The position numbers and the translations under genes were made by a program. This document shows positions 28,111 to 38,178 of a stretch of 64,000 nt of DNA, in pieces (position 1 is the first letter of the stretch; the number at the start of each line of letters is the position of its first letter). The notes beneath the pieces are model-generated. The model was not told the DNA's origin. It did not search any database and saw nothing but the letters and a program-made list of their open reading frames with translations. The stretch covers positions 68,405-132,404 of the forward strand of contig JAGBDV010000002.1 in the NCBI GenBank assembly GCA_017937305.1, in the 5' to 3' direction. Origin of the DNA: Bacilli bacterium. Lineage in GTDB: Bacteria; Bacillota_I; Bacilli_A; ML615J-28; CAG-313.

Positions 28111-29880
28111 TTATTTTTCAGGGAATCTTTCTCTTGAATGATAATGAGTATGTAATAACTCATGAGCTTTATGAGAATTAGGTTCACCTAAGAATTCTTT
28201 ATAAAGTGCTTGAATTTGTGTATTATTATGAGATTGACGAAGAGTTTGTCTTTCATCTTCAGAATAAAGAGCTTGAGCACGTTTTTGTTTAAATGTATCT
28301 AAAATATTAGTATCTTCATTAGGTAAGAACATTGGTTTAACATATGGTTGACCACCACCGTTAATACATCCACCAGGACAACCCATGATTTCAATGAATG
28401 TATATGGGCTCTTACCATCTCTGATTTGATCCATTAATACTTTAGCATTCTTCATACCAGATGCAATAGCGACTTTAATTACGTTTCCATTGATATTGAT
28501 TTCAGCTTCTTTTAAACCATCCATACCACGAACAGCTTCAAATTTAATAGCTTCGTGTTCTTTACCAGTTAATGCAAAGTAAGCAGTTCTAAGTGCAGCT
28601 TCCATAACACCACCAGTAGCACCGAAGATAACACCAGCACCAGTGTATTCACCCATGATGTCTTGGTCAAATTCTTCATCAGGAAGTTTATTAAAGTTAA
28701 TACCACTACGTTTGATTAATTTTGCAAGTTCTCTTGTAGTAAGTACTGCATCAACATCTCTTAATCCTTCACATTCCATTTCAGGACGTTCTTTTTCAAA
28801 TTTCTTAGCTGTACAAGGCATAATTGATACAACGAAAATATCTTTTGGATCAATATTGTTCTTTTCAGCATAGTAAGATTTGATAATAGCACCTTGCATT
28901 TGGTGTGGAGATTTACAGCTTGATAAATGATCTAATTGATCTCCGTAATAATATTCAGCATAGTTAACCCAACCTGGAGAACATGAAGTAATCATTGGAA
29001 GAACACCATCATTTTTAATTCTACCAAGAAGTTCATTTGCTTCTTCCATAATAGTTAAGTCAGCAGCAAAGTTTGTATCATAAACTTTAGCAAAGCCAAG
29101 TCTCTTAAGTGCAGCAACCATTTTACCAGTAACAGCAGTACCAATAGGTAAACCAAATTCTTCACCTAAAGCAGCTCTTACAGCAGGAGCAGTTTGAACA
29201 ACTACATGTTTGCCAGCAAGCATAGCAGCATCAACTTTTTCAATTTCACTCTTTTCAGAAAGTGCACCAGTAGGACATACGCTTACACATTGGCCACAAA
29301 GGATACAAGGAGTTTCAGAGAATGAACGTTCAGCAGCAGGAGCAACGATTGTACTAAAGCCACGTTTTTCAAATCCTAAGATACCAGTACCATGAGCATT
29401 TTGACAACGAGCAACACAACGACCGCAAAGGATACATTTAGAAGTGTCACGAACTAAAGATGGAGTTAAATCATCATAGCTAACTGGAGTCTTAGCACCT
29501 AAGAATTTACCTTCTCTAGCACCAGTGATTTGAGCTACATATAATAATTCACAATGTCCATTCTTTTCACATTGTTGACAGTTCATTGAGTGATTTGATA
29601 ATAATAATTCAACACTTAAACGACGAGCAGCAGCAGCTTTTGGAGAAGAAATTTTAATTTCCATACCTTCAGCAACTGGATATACACATGATGCAACTAA
29701 TCCTCTTGCACCTGTTGCTTCAACTAGACAAACACGACAAGAAGCTAAGCTACATTCACCATGATTAAAGCTACATAATGAAGGGATTTCATAACCACAT
29801 TCTCTTGCAGCTTCTAAAATTGTAAGGCCTTCTTCTACTTGATAAGCAACGCCTTCGATTTTAATATTAATTTTTGCCAT
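28111..29880 (-). CDS. hydA: [FeFe]-hydrogenase catalytic subunit (group A)
   Basis: H-cluster motifs TSCSPGW, MPCTAKKFE and EIMGCPGGCINGGGQP; N-terminal 2Fe-2S, His-ligated and 2x4Fe-4S domains. Confidence 0.96.
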   Translation of the reverse strand: MAKINIKIEGVAYQVEEGLTILEAARECGYEIPSLCSFNHGECSLASCRVCLVEATGARGLVASCVYPVAEGMEIKISSPKAAAARRLSVELLLSNHSMNCQQCEKNGHCELLYVAQITGAREGKFLGAKTPVSYDDLTPSLVRDTSKCILCGRCVARCQNAHGTGILGFEKRGFSTIVAPAAERSFSETPCILCGQCVSVCPTGALSEKSEIEKVDAAMLAGKHVVVQTAPAVRAALGEEFGLPIGTAVTGKMVAALKRLGFAKVYDTNFAADLTIMEEANELLGRIKNDGVLPMITSCSPGWVNYAEYYYGDQLDHLSSCKSPHQMQGAIIKSYYAEKNNIDPKDIFVVSIMPCTAKKFEKERPEMECEGLRDVDAVLTTRELAKLIKRSGINFNKLPDEEFDQDIMGEYTGAGVIFGATGGVMEAALRTAYFALTGKEHEAIKFEAVRGMDGLKEAEININGNVIKVAIASGMKNAKVLMDQIRDGKSPYTFIEIMGCPGGCINGGGQPYVKPMFLPNEDTNILDTFKQKRAQALYSEDERQTLRQSHNNTQIQALYKEFLGEPNSHKAHELLHTHYHSRERFPEK

Positions 29881-29895
29881 TAGAATATACCTCCA

Positions 29896-31758
29896 TTATT
29901 TCTTAATAATTGCGTGGAATGGACAAGAAGAAATACACATACCACACTTAATACATTTATCTTGATCAATAACAAATGGTTGTTTGATTACACCAGAGAT
30001 TGCACCAACTGGACAAACACGTGAGCACTTAGAGCAACCTTTACATTGTTCAGGAACAATATAGTATTGCATTAAATCTTTACAGATATGAGCAGGACAT
30101 TGTTTGTCAACTACGTGTGCAATGTATTCATCTTTGAATTGACGCATTGTTGAAAGTACTGGGTTAGCAGCAGTTTGACCTAAACCACATAGTGAGTTAG
30201 ATTTAACAGCTTCTGATAAATCTTCTAGATCAGCAAGATCTTGTAAAGTTCCTTGACCTTTAGTAATCTTTTCAAGAATTTCAAGAATACGTTTTGTACC
30301 AATACGACATGGAGAACATTTACCACATGATTCATCACAAATAAATTCCATATAGAATTTAGCAACGTCAACCATACAGTTATCTTCATCCATAACGATA
30401 GCACCACCAGAACCCATCATTGAGCCAAGTGCAACTAAGTTATCAAAGTCGATTGGAGTATCTAAATCTTTAGCAGTTAAACATCCACCTGATGGACCAC
30501 CAGTTTGGATAGCTTTGAACTCTTTACCATTAGGAATTCCACCACCAATTTCGTAAATTAAATCACGAACTGTAGTACCCATAGGAATTTCGACTAGACC
30601 AACGTTATTAACTTTACCACCAAGAGCGAATACTTTAGTACCTTTAGATCTTTCAGTACCCATAGATGCGAACTTTTCAGCACCTTCTCTTAAGATGTAT
30701 GGAACACATGCAAGTGTTTCTACGTTGTTAATAATAGATGGTTTTTGCCATAAACCTTTAACAGCTGGGAATGGAGGTCTTGGACGTGGCATACCACGTT
30801 TACCTTCAATTGAGTTAAGTAATGCAGTTTCTTCACCACATACGAATGCACCAGCACCTAAACGAATATGAACATCAAAACTGAAATCAGTTCCTAAAAT
30901 ATTTTCACCTAATAAACCAATTTTCTTAGCTTCTTCAATAGCTTTACGAAGTCTTGCAACAGCAGTTGGATATTCAGCACGAACATAGAAATAACCATTT
31001 TGAGCACCAATTGCATAACCAGCAATAGCCATACCTTCAATAACAGCTAGAGGGTTACCTTCTAAGATTGAACGGTCCATGAATGCACCTGGGTCACCTT
31101 CGTCACCATTACATACTACATATTTTTCAGCAGAGTTTTGATTTAAAGCAAATTGCCATTTTCTACCAGTAGGGAAACCACCGCCTCCACGACCACGTAG
31201 ACCAGCAGCTAATACTTCATCAATAACTTCTTGTTGAGTCATACTTAAAGCTCTTAATAAACCTTTATAAGCACCGTAACCTAAAGCTTCTTCAATGTTT
31301 TCAGGATTGATTACACCACAACCATGTAATGCAACACGTACTTGTTTTTTATAGAAAGTGATTTCATCTTGTTTTTGAATCTTTTCTTTTGTAACAGGGT
31401 CAACATAAAGAAGTCTTTCAACGATTTCACCGTTTAATAAATCTTTTTCAACGATTTCTTCAACGTCTGAAACTTGAACACCACGATATAGAGTGTCTTC
31501 AGGGAAAATCTTAACGAAAGGTCCTTGTGAACAGAAACCAAAACATCCTACTTGGTTAACTGATACTTTTGCGTCAATTCCTTTTGCAGGAATTAATTCT
31601 TGGAATTTTTCAAGGATAGCTTGTGCATCACTTGATAAACATCCTGTACCACCACAAATAACGATTGAACGTTTTCCACCTTTACCAGAGAATTTGTCAT
31701 TAATTTGTTCAGAACAAACTTCAATCTTTTGTAATAATTCTTGTTTAGTATTAATCAT
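29896..31758 (-). CDS. hydB: NuoF-like flavoprotein subunit of the hydrogenase
   Basis: GRGGGGFPTG, DEGDPGAFMDR, FVCGEETAL, ESCGKCSPCRIG; C-terminal 2x4Fe-4S. Confidence 0.95.
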   Translation of the reverse strand: MINTKQELLQKIEVCSEQINDKFSGKGGKRSIVICGGTGCLSSDAQAILEKFQELIPAKGIDAKVSVNQVGCFGFCSQGPFVKIFPEDTLYRGVQVSDVEEIVEKDLLNGEIVERLLYVDPVTKEKIQKQDEITFYKKQVRVALHGCGVINPENIEEALGYGAYKGLLRALSMTQQEVIDEVLAAGLRGRGGGGFPTGRKWQFALNQNSAEKYVVCNGDEGDPGAFMDRSILEGNPLAVIEGMAIAGYAIGAQNGYFYVRAEYPTAVARLRKAIEEAKKIGLLGENILGTDFSFDVHIRLGAGAFVCGEETALLNSIEGKRGMPRPRPPFPAVKGLWQKPSIINNVETLACVPYILREGAEKFASMGTERSKGTKVFALGGKVNNVGLVEIPMGTTVRDLIYEIGGGIPNGKEFKAIQTGGPSGGCLTAKDLDTPIDFDNLVALGSMMGSGGAIVMDEDNCMVDVAKFYMEFICDESCGKCSPCRIGTKRILEILEKITKGQGTLQDLADLEDLSEAVKSNSLCGLGQTAANPVLSTMRQFKDEYIAHVVDKQCPAHICKDLMQYYIVPEQCKGCSKCSRVCPVGAISGVIKQPFVIDQDKCIKCGMCISSCPFHAIIKK

Positions 31759-32246
31759 TAGTTTGCACCTCCCATTTTACGATATTCTTCAATGATTGCT
31801 GGAACTTGAGAAACTGCAACTTTTGGATAAACTTTACCATTAATTGATAAAGCAGGAGCAATACCACAAGCACCGATACAACGTAATGCTTCTAAAGTGA
31901 ATAAACCATCTTCAGTAGTTTCACCTGGTTTAATGTTTAAAATTTCTGAGAATTTGTCAATAACTTGTTGTGCGCCTTTAACGTAACAAGCAGTACCTAG
32001 ACATACACCAATAACATATTTCCCTTTTGGATTTAAAGAGAAGAATGAATAGAATGTAACTACACCATAAATTTCTGCAACAGGTACTCCAATTTGTTCA
32101 GACACTAATTCTTGTACTTCAAGAGGGATGTAACCAAATTCCTTTTGGATGTCACTTAAGATCATCATTAAAGGAGTTTTCTCATCTTTGTATCTTGAAA
32201 TAATTTCAATAATTTGCTTTTCAGCATGAGCTTGTAAATGAGCCAT
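31758..32246 (-). CDS. hydC: NuoE-like 2Fe-2S subunit of the hydrogenase
   Basis: VTFYSFF, CLGTAC and CIGAC motifs; translationally coupled to hydB. Confidence 0.95.
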   Translation of the reverse strand: MAHLQAHAEKQIIEIISRYKDEKTPLMMILSDIQKEFGYIPLEVQELVSEQIGVPVAEIYGVVTFYSFFSLNPKGKYVIGVCLGTACYVKGAQQVIDKFSEILNIKPGETTEDGLFTLEALRCIGACGIAPALSINGKVYPKVAVSQVPAIIEEYRKMGGAN

Positions 32247-32536
32247 AAATTAACCTCCGATTTTTTGTTACGATTATATTAATAACACTATAATACGTCC
32301 GGATATATTATATCAAATTCTTTTTATTTTTGCAAGTTATATATCCAATTTTTCAATATTTGCTAAAAAGTAACAACATGATAAAAATAATTAATAGGAA
32401 ATAATTATTTAACTATTTAATGTGAAAAAGAGTTAAAAACTATAAAATTCATAGTGATTAACTCTTTTAATGATTAAAATATAAAATTAATTTATTCTTT
32501 TAATTAGCACAATTTCTTGTCCTTATACTATAGAAT

Positions 32537-33523
32537 TTACTTAAAAAGCTTTTTAAATATAGCAGGAATATCTGCTTTAAAATACAAAATTTCCTTTGTT
32601 ATTGGATGTTTAAATTTAAGCGTAGACGCGTGAAGCCCAAGTCTTTTTATTGGATCAGATGGCTTACCATATTTATCGTCACCAACAATTGGATGACCCA
32701 AATCATTCATTGCAACTCTTATTTGATTCTTTCTTCCTGTTTCAATTGTGACATCTAACAGTGAATATTTAGAAGATTCTTTTATTACTTTATAGTTAGT
32801 AATTGCTTTTATCCCATCACCTTCTTTATGAGAATCATACATAAGATGTGTGTCTGTTTCTTTTAGCCAACTAATAATTTTATCTTCTTTTTTAGGCATT
32901 TTTCCTTCTACAATAGCTATATATCCACGTTCTTTTACAAGTGTATTCCAGTTTTTAGATAGTAATTCTTTTAATTCATAACTCTTTGTAAATAGAAGTA
33001 ATCCTGATGTTTCTTTATCTAATCTATGTACTTGAAAGCATCTTGCATGTTTATTTTTAGTTGACATATATTCTAGAACTAATTTATATGCAGTTTCAGT
33101 TTTCTCATGATCACTTTCAATTGTAAGCAAACCATTAGGTTTATTAATAACTAAAAGATCATCATCTTCATAAATAATATTAATATTAACTTTTTTCTTT
33201 ACTTCTTGTTTTACAACTTGGCTTCTGTCATATTGTTCTTTTGAAACTTGAACAATATCACCTTTATATAAACGATAGTTAAATTGCGTAACAGGAAGTC
33301 CGTTTACTGCAACATGTCTTTTAGAAAGAATTGTCTTAACATTGTTTCTTGATTGATCGTGGTAGATTTGATATAAAAATTCTAGAAGTTCTATTTCTTT
33401 ATTGACAGAATACTCTTTAATATTTTGATTATGATAAGCTTTTTTCTTTTTTTCTAGATATTCTTCTTTTCTTTTAATTTGTTCTTTAATATATTTTTTT
33501 CTTGCGTTATTAGGCATATTCAT
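32537..33523 (-). CDS. RluA/RluD family pseudouridine synthase
   Basis: NKPNGL, HRLDKETSG, TGRKNQIR, LHA. Confidence 0.93.
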   Translation of the reverse strand: MNMPNNARKKYIKEQIKRKEEYLEKKKKAYHNQNIKEYSVNKEIELLEFLYQIYHDQSRNNVKTILSKRHVAVNGLPVTQFNYRLYKGDIVQVSKEQYDRSQVVKQEVKKKVNINIIYEDDDLLVINKPNGLLTIESDHEKTETAYKLVLEYMSTKNKHARCFQVHRLDKETSGLLLFTKSYELKELLSKNWNTLVKERGYIAIVEGKMPKKEDKIISWLKETDTHLMYDSHKEGDGIKAITNYKVIKESSKYSLLDVTIETGRKNQIRVAMNDLGHPIVGDDKYGKPSDPIKRLGLHASTLKFKHPITKEILYFKADIPAIFKKLFK

Positions 33524-33575
33524 TGTCCTTATTATATATAAAATTATAACTCATCAAAAGATGAGTTATAAAGTA

Positions 33576-34862
33576 TTATTTTTTAGGTGTAAGTAATTCT
33601 TTACCACCCATATATGGTTGAAGTGCTTTAGGAACTCTGATTGATCCATCAGCATTATAGTTGTTTTCTAATACTGCAATTAATCCACGAGGTGTTGCAA
33701 GAACAGTATTGTTTAAAGTATGACAAAGGTAAGTTCCGTTTTCATCTTTAGATTTAATACCAAGTCTTCTTGCTTGTGCATCACCTAGTGTTGAACAGCT
33801 ACCTACTTCAAAATATTTCTTTTGTCGTGGAGACCAAGCTTCTATGTCACATGATTTAACTTTTAAGTCTGCTAAATCACCTGAACAACATTCAAGTGTT
33901 CTTACTGGAACGTCTAAGCTTCTAAAGAATTCAACTGTATAACTCCACATTTTGTTATACCAATCCATTGATTCTTCTTTTTTACAAATTACAACCATTT
34001 CTTGTTTTTCAAATTGATGAACTCTATATAGTCCTCTTTCTTCTAGTCCATGAGCACCTACTTCTTTTCTGAAACATGGGCTATATGATGTAAGAGTTAA
34101 CGGTAATTCTTTTTCTGGGATAATTTGTCCTTTGAATTTACCAATCATAGAGTGTTCTGAAGTACCAATTAAGAATAGGTCTTCCCCTTCAATTTTATAC
34201 ATCATAGCATCCATTTCTTCAAATGACATAACACCACTTACTACATCACTTCTAATCATGAATGGAGGAACACAGTATGTGAAGCCTTTATCAATCATAA
34301 AATCTCTTGCATATGATAGCATTGCAGAGTGTAGTCTTGCGATATCACCCATTAAGTAATAGAAACCATTACCTGATGTTCTTCCAGCAGCTTCTTTGTC
34401 TACACCATTAAGTGCTGCTACGATATCTGCATGATAAGGGATTTCATATTCTGGTACAAATGGCTCACCGTATTTTTGATTTTCTACATTACATGAATCG
34501 TCTTCACCAATTGGAACTGAAGGATCAATAATATTTGGAATTACTAGCATTTTTTCACGAAGTTCTTTTTGTAATTCTTCTACTGCTGGTTCGATTCCTG
34601 CAAGTTCTTTATTTACTTCAACAACTTGTGCTTTGATTGCGTTAGCTTCTTCTACTTTCTTTTCACGCATTAGCATTCCAATTTTTCCACTTAAGTCATT
34701 TCTTTCTTTTCTTAAGTTATCACCTTTTTGTTTTAGATCACGAATCTTTATATCAAGGCTAATTACTTCATCAACTAAAACTAGCTTTTTTTCTTGGAAT
34801 TTCTTTTTAATATTCTCTTTTACAATTTCAGGGTTTTCTCTAATAAATTTAATGTCTAACAT
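33576..34862 (-). CDS. serS: Serine--tRNA ligase
   Basis: MLDIKFIREN coiled coil, GTSEH, FRKE..AHG...RGLYRVHQFEKQE, HTLNNT. Confidence 0.97.
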   Translation of the reverse strand: MLDIKFIRENPEIVKENIKKKFQEKKLVLVDEVISLDIKIRDLKQKGDNLRKERNDLSGKIGMLMREKKVEEANAIKAQVVEVNKELAGIEPAVEELQKELREKMLVIPNIIDPSVPIGEDDSCNVENQKYGEPFVPEYEIPYHADIVAALNGVDKEAAGRTSGNGFYYLMGDIARLHSAMLSYARDFMIDKGFTYCVPPFMIRSDVVSGVMSFEEMDAMMYKIEGEDLFLIGTSEHSMIGKFKGQIIPEKELPLTLTSYSPCFRKEVGAHGLEERGLYRVHQFEKQEMVVICKKEESMDWYNKMWSYTVEFFRSLDVPVRTLECCSGDLADLKVKSCDIEAWSPRQKKYFEVGSCSTLGDAQARRLGIKSKDENGTYLCHTLNNTVLATPRGLIAVLENNYNADGSIRVPKALQPYMGGKELLTPKK

Positions 34863-34926
34863 ATTTATATCCTCTTCATATTATTTTCTTATATAGTTTA
34901 CCATAATTTAATGATTTATTCAATCA

Positions 34927-36003
34927 TTACACTAATTTAACATATTTATAACTTTCAACTACATCATCTTTAGTTGTTTCAATAGTATATTCTATACCTT
35001 TTACGCACTTAGGTAATTTAGTAAGTACACCATTAGGTTCTAAATATTCCGAATGAGGAATAAGTTTAATTTGATATCCTTCTTTAACAAATTCTAAAAT
35101 GTCTTTTTCTACTTCTACTAAGTGTAAGAAATATTCCCATAAGTTATTAACTCTTAAAGTTTGAGGACAGTTCTTTCCACTAAAGAAGTGATGTTGTTTA
35201 ATATCATAAATTTCTAAATCATTTTCATCAAGTAGTTTTGCAACTAATTTAGCACATCTCATAAAGGATAACCAAACATTAGTACCTTCATTAACACATG
35301 TTTCAATACCAATAGAGTTATTATTTCCTCCACGGTTTGCAATCTTTTCATATGTTTTATTAAAGTATGTTTCACCTAAATAGAAATATTCATCATCAAC
35401 AGCCATACAAATACCTTGGTCATTAATATCGTCAACAGTACATACTCTTTTAATTACTTTACCGTCTACTTCTTTTTCAAACATCGGTGCAGGAACAGTT
35501 GTTTTTTCACCGTTAATTGTATAAAAACTATCTTCACTAATGCCAAGTTCAAACTTATCCGATACTTTTACGCCAGTATTATATAAAGTGTAATCATATT
35601 GTGTTGTATCACCTGCGTGATATGCTACTTCATTATCAGGAATATTATGATATATCCCATCATTTCCAACTACATATTGAAAACTAGCTTTGTATGGTTC
35701 TTTTGTATCTACCCACATTTCTTTATAAACAGTATCACTCCAAAATTTTGCAGTGTGTTTTGCACCTGTATCGCCTGTATCATGAACTGTTATATATACT
35801 TTAGGTTTTATTCTTAAATCTCTATTTTCATTTTTTTCTTTTGCGATATGTTCTTTAATATCTAAAGATTCAAATAAATAAGGAGTTATTGAAGATATCA
35901 TTGTTTGTTTAAAGATTTTTTGCCAACCACAAACAACAATTTCTTTTTTAAATACTTCTTCAGTGTTATTTAATTTATTAAAATATTCTAAAACTTTATT
36001 CAT
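34927..36003 (-). CDS. Stand-alone Amidase_2 without a signal peptide (paralog 4)
   Basis: ITVHDT, YHAGD, SIGIE, QHH, KNCP; same insertion and flanking segments as the three lipoproteins. Confidence 0.88.
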   Translation of the reverse strand: MNKVLEYFNKLNNTEEVFKKEIVVCGWQKIFKQTMISSITPYLFESLDIKEHIAKEKNENRDLRIKPKVYITVHDTGDTGAKHTAKFWSDTVYKEMWVDTKEPYKASFQYVVGNDGIYHNIPDNEVAYHAGDTTQYDYTLYNTGVKVSDKFELGISEDSFYTINGEKTTVPAPMFEKEVDGKVIKRVCTVDDINDQGICMAVDDEYFYLGETYFNKTYEKIANRGGNNNSIGIETCVNEGTNVWLSFMRCAKLVAKLLDENDLEIYDIKQHHFFSGKNCPQTLRVNNLWEYFLHLVEVEKDILEFVKEGYQIKLIPHSEYLEPNGVLTKLPKCVKGIEYTIETTKDDVVESYKYVKLV

Positions 36004-36171
36004 ATTTATCCTCCGAATCTATATAATTAATCATTTCTTTATTTTATTATAGCACATTTTTTTAATTTTTGTTAAAATTAATTTATTAAAGTTTTATTTA
36101 AGTGGAAAAATAAAATGTTTTATGATAGAATATATATATATTATGTTTATTTATGAAACGAGGTATTAAAT

Positions 36172-37581
36172 ATGAAGTATGATGTTATATTAGTTGGCGC
36201 TGGTCCAATGGGGATTTATGCTGCTTATGAATTAATGACGAAGAAAAAAGATTTAAAAGTTTTATTAATTGATAAGGGGAGAAATATATATAACCGTAAG
36301 TGTCCGATTCTAGAAAAGAAACTCGAAAAATGTCCAGTAGATAAAAAGGGAAGAATTGGTTGTAAACCTGGATGTTCAATGACTACAGGATTCGGTGGTA
36401 GTGGTGCTTATTCTGATGGTAAGTTCAATATCACGAGTGAATTTGGTGGTTGGATGACTGACTATTTGCCTGAAGAGGAAGTAATTGATTTAATCAAATA
36501 TGTAGATGCAATAAACTTAAAGCATGGTGCTCCTGAAGAAATTACTGATCCTTATACTGATGAAGTATTTGAAATCGAGAAAAAAGGTATCGCAGTTGGT
36601 TTAAAACTTTTACGTAGCCAAGTTAGACATTTAGGTACAGAAATTAACCTTAAGGTTCTTGCAAATATCTATGAAGAAATGAAGCCTCATATTGACTATT
36701 TATTTGAAAAAGCTGTTAAAGATGTTATTGTTGAAGATAATACTGTTAAAGGTGTTATTATGGAAGATGATTCAATTCTTTACGCTGATTATGTTGTACT
36801 TGGTGTTGGTAGAAATGGTTCTGAGTGGCTTGCAAGCACATTATCAAAACATGATGTTAAATTTAAAAACAATCGTGTTGACTTAGGTGTACGTGTTGAA
36901 ACTAATGATATTATTATGGATGAAATTAATCGTAATTTATATGAAGGTAAATTCATCTTTAATACAAGTGTTGGTACACAAGTTAGAACATTCTGTTCTA
37001 ATCCTTCAGGTCATGTAGTAGTTGAAAACCACAATGGTGTAATGCTATGTAATGGTCATTCATATAATGATGTAAAATTAGGATCTAAAAACACTAACTT
37101 TGCATTACTTGTTTCTCAAGAATTTGATGATCCATTTAATGATCCAAATGAATATGCATATGAAATTAGTAAACTTGCAAATAAGCTTTCAGATGGTTCT
37201 GTAATTGTACAAAAATATGGAGATATTAAAAAAGGACGTCGTTCTACTCCTAAACGTATTGCAGAAGGTTTTGTAAAACCTACATTAAAAGAAGCTGTTC
37301 CAGGAGATTTAGGATTAGTTCTTCCTTATAACTTCATGAAATCATTAATCGAAATGATTGAAGCATTAAATCATGTAAGTCCTGGTATCGCTAGTGATCA
37401 TACTTTATTCTATGGTGTTGAAGCTAAATTCTATAGCGATTGTCCGGTTGTATCAAATGATTTTGAAACTAGCATTCATAATTTATATGTTGGAGGGGAT
37501 GGCGCAGGTATTACAAGAGGTCTTGCACAAGCTGGTGCTAATGGTGTTAAGATTGCAAGAATAATCATTAATAAAAAATAA
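36172..37581 (+). CDS. FAD-dependent oxidoreductase (COG2509-like)
   Basis: GAGPMG Rossmann motif, GGSGAYSDGK, GDGAGITRG. Confidence 0.88.
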   Translation: MKYDVILVGAGPMGIYAAYELMTKKKDLKVLLIDKGRNIYNRKCPILEKKLEKCPVDKKGRIGCKPGCSMTTGFGGSGAYSDGKFNITSEFGGWMTDYLPEEEVIDLIKYVDAINLKHGAPEEITDPYTDEVFEIEKKGIAVGLKLLRSQVRHLGTEINLKVLANIYEEMKPHIDYLFEKAVKDVIVEDNTVKGVIMEDDSILYADYVVLGVGRNGSEWLASTLSKHDVKFKNNRVDLGVRVETNDIIMDEINRNLYEGKFIFNTSVGTQVRTFCSNPSGHVVVENHNGVMLCNGHSYNDVKLGSKNTNFALLVSQEFDDPFNDPNEYAYEISKLANKLSDGSVIVQKYGDIKKGRRSTPKRIAEGFVKPTLKEAVPGDLGLVLPYNFMKSLIEMIEALNHVSPGIASDHTLFYGVEAKFYSDCPVVSNDFETSIHNLYVGGDGAGITRGLAQAGANGVKIARIIINKK

Positions 37582-37596
37582 AACAAAGAGGATAAC

Positions 37597-38148
37597 ATGA
37601 ATTTAAATAATGACATTAAAAAAATACTAGTAACAAATGAACAAATTGAGGCTCGTTGTAAAGAATTAGGTGAACAAATTGATATTGACTATGAAGACAA
37701 AAAGCCTATTTTATTATCTCTTTTAAGAGGTAGTATACCTTTTGTTACAACTTTATCAAAATATATTTCTATTCCAATTGAATTCGATTACATGAAAGTA
37801 TCGAGTTACCATGGCGGAACTTCTTCTACAGGTAATGTAGCAGTAACAATTCTTCCTGCTTCAAAACTTGAAGGGCGTCATCTTATCATAGTTGAAGATA
37901 TTGTTGATACTGGATTTACTTTAAGTACTGTTGTTAAAATTCTTAAAACTTATAAACCTGCTTCAATTGAAGTTGCTTCTTTGCTAGACAAGCCTTCAAT
38001 GAGAAAAGTAGACGATTTAGATATTAAGTATGTTGGATTTATTGTTCCTGCTGAATTTGTAGTAGGATTTGGTCTTGATTATAATGAATTATATCGTCAA
38101 CTTCCTTATGTTGGGGTTTTAAAAGAAGAAGTATATACAAAAAAATAA
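37597..38148 (+). CDS. hpt: Hypoxanthine phosphoribosyltransferase
   Basis: VSSY.GGTSS.G, IVEDIVDTGFTL PRPP loop, FVVGFGLDY. Confidence 0.96.
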   Translation: MNLNNDIKKILVTNEQIEARCKELGEQIDIDYEDKKPILLSLLRGSIPFVTTLSKYISIPIEFDYMKVSSYHGGTSSTGNVAVTILPASKLEGRHLIIVEDIVDTGFTLSTVVKILKTYKPASIEVASLLDKPSMRKVDDLDIKYVGFIVPAEFVVGFGLDYNELYRQLPYVGVLKEEVYTKK

Positions 38149-38151
38149 AAT

Positions 38152-38178
38152 AACCTGTTCGGTAATACCGAACAGGTT
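38152..38178. terminator. Bidirectional intrinsic terminator
   Basis: AACCTGTTCGGTA/TACCGAACAGGTT. Confidence 0.85.

Noticed and set aside
32266-32287. TGTTA...TAACA inverted repeat in the hydrogenase leader as a Rex box
   Set aside because: The half-sites are 12 bp apart versus 6 bp for the equivalent positions of the 18-bp Rex consensus.
32505-32530. TTAGCAC as a CIRCE element
   Set aside because: Only a partial left arm; no GAGTGCTAA right arm and no adjacent chaperone gene.
8387-36003. Amidases as prophage endolysins
   Set aside because: No holin, integrase, terminase or structural gene; three have lipoprotein signals, their own promoters and terminators, and they sit among housekeeping genes.
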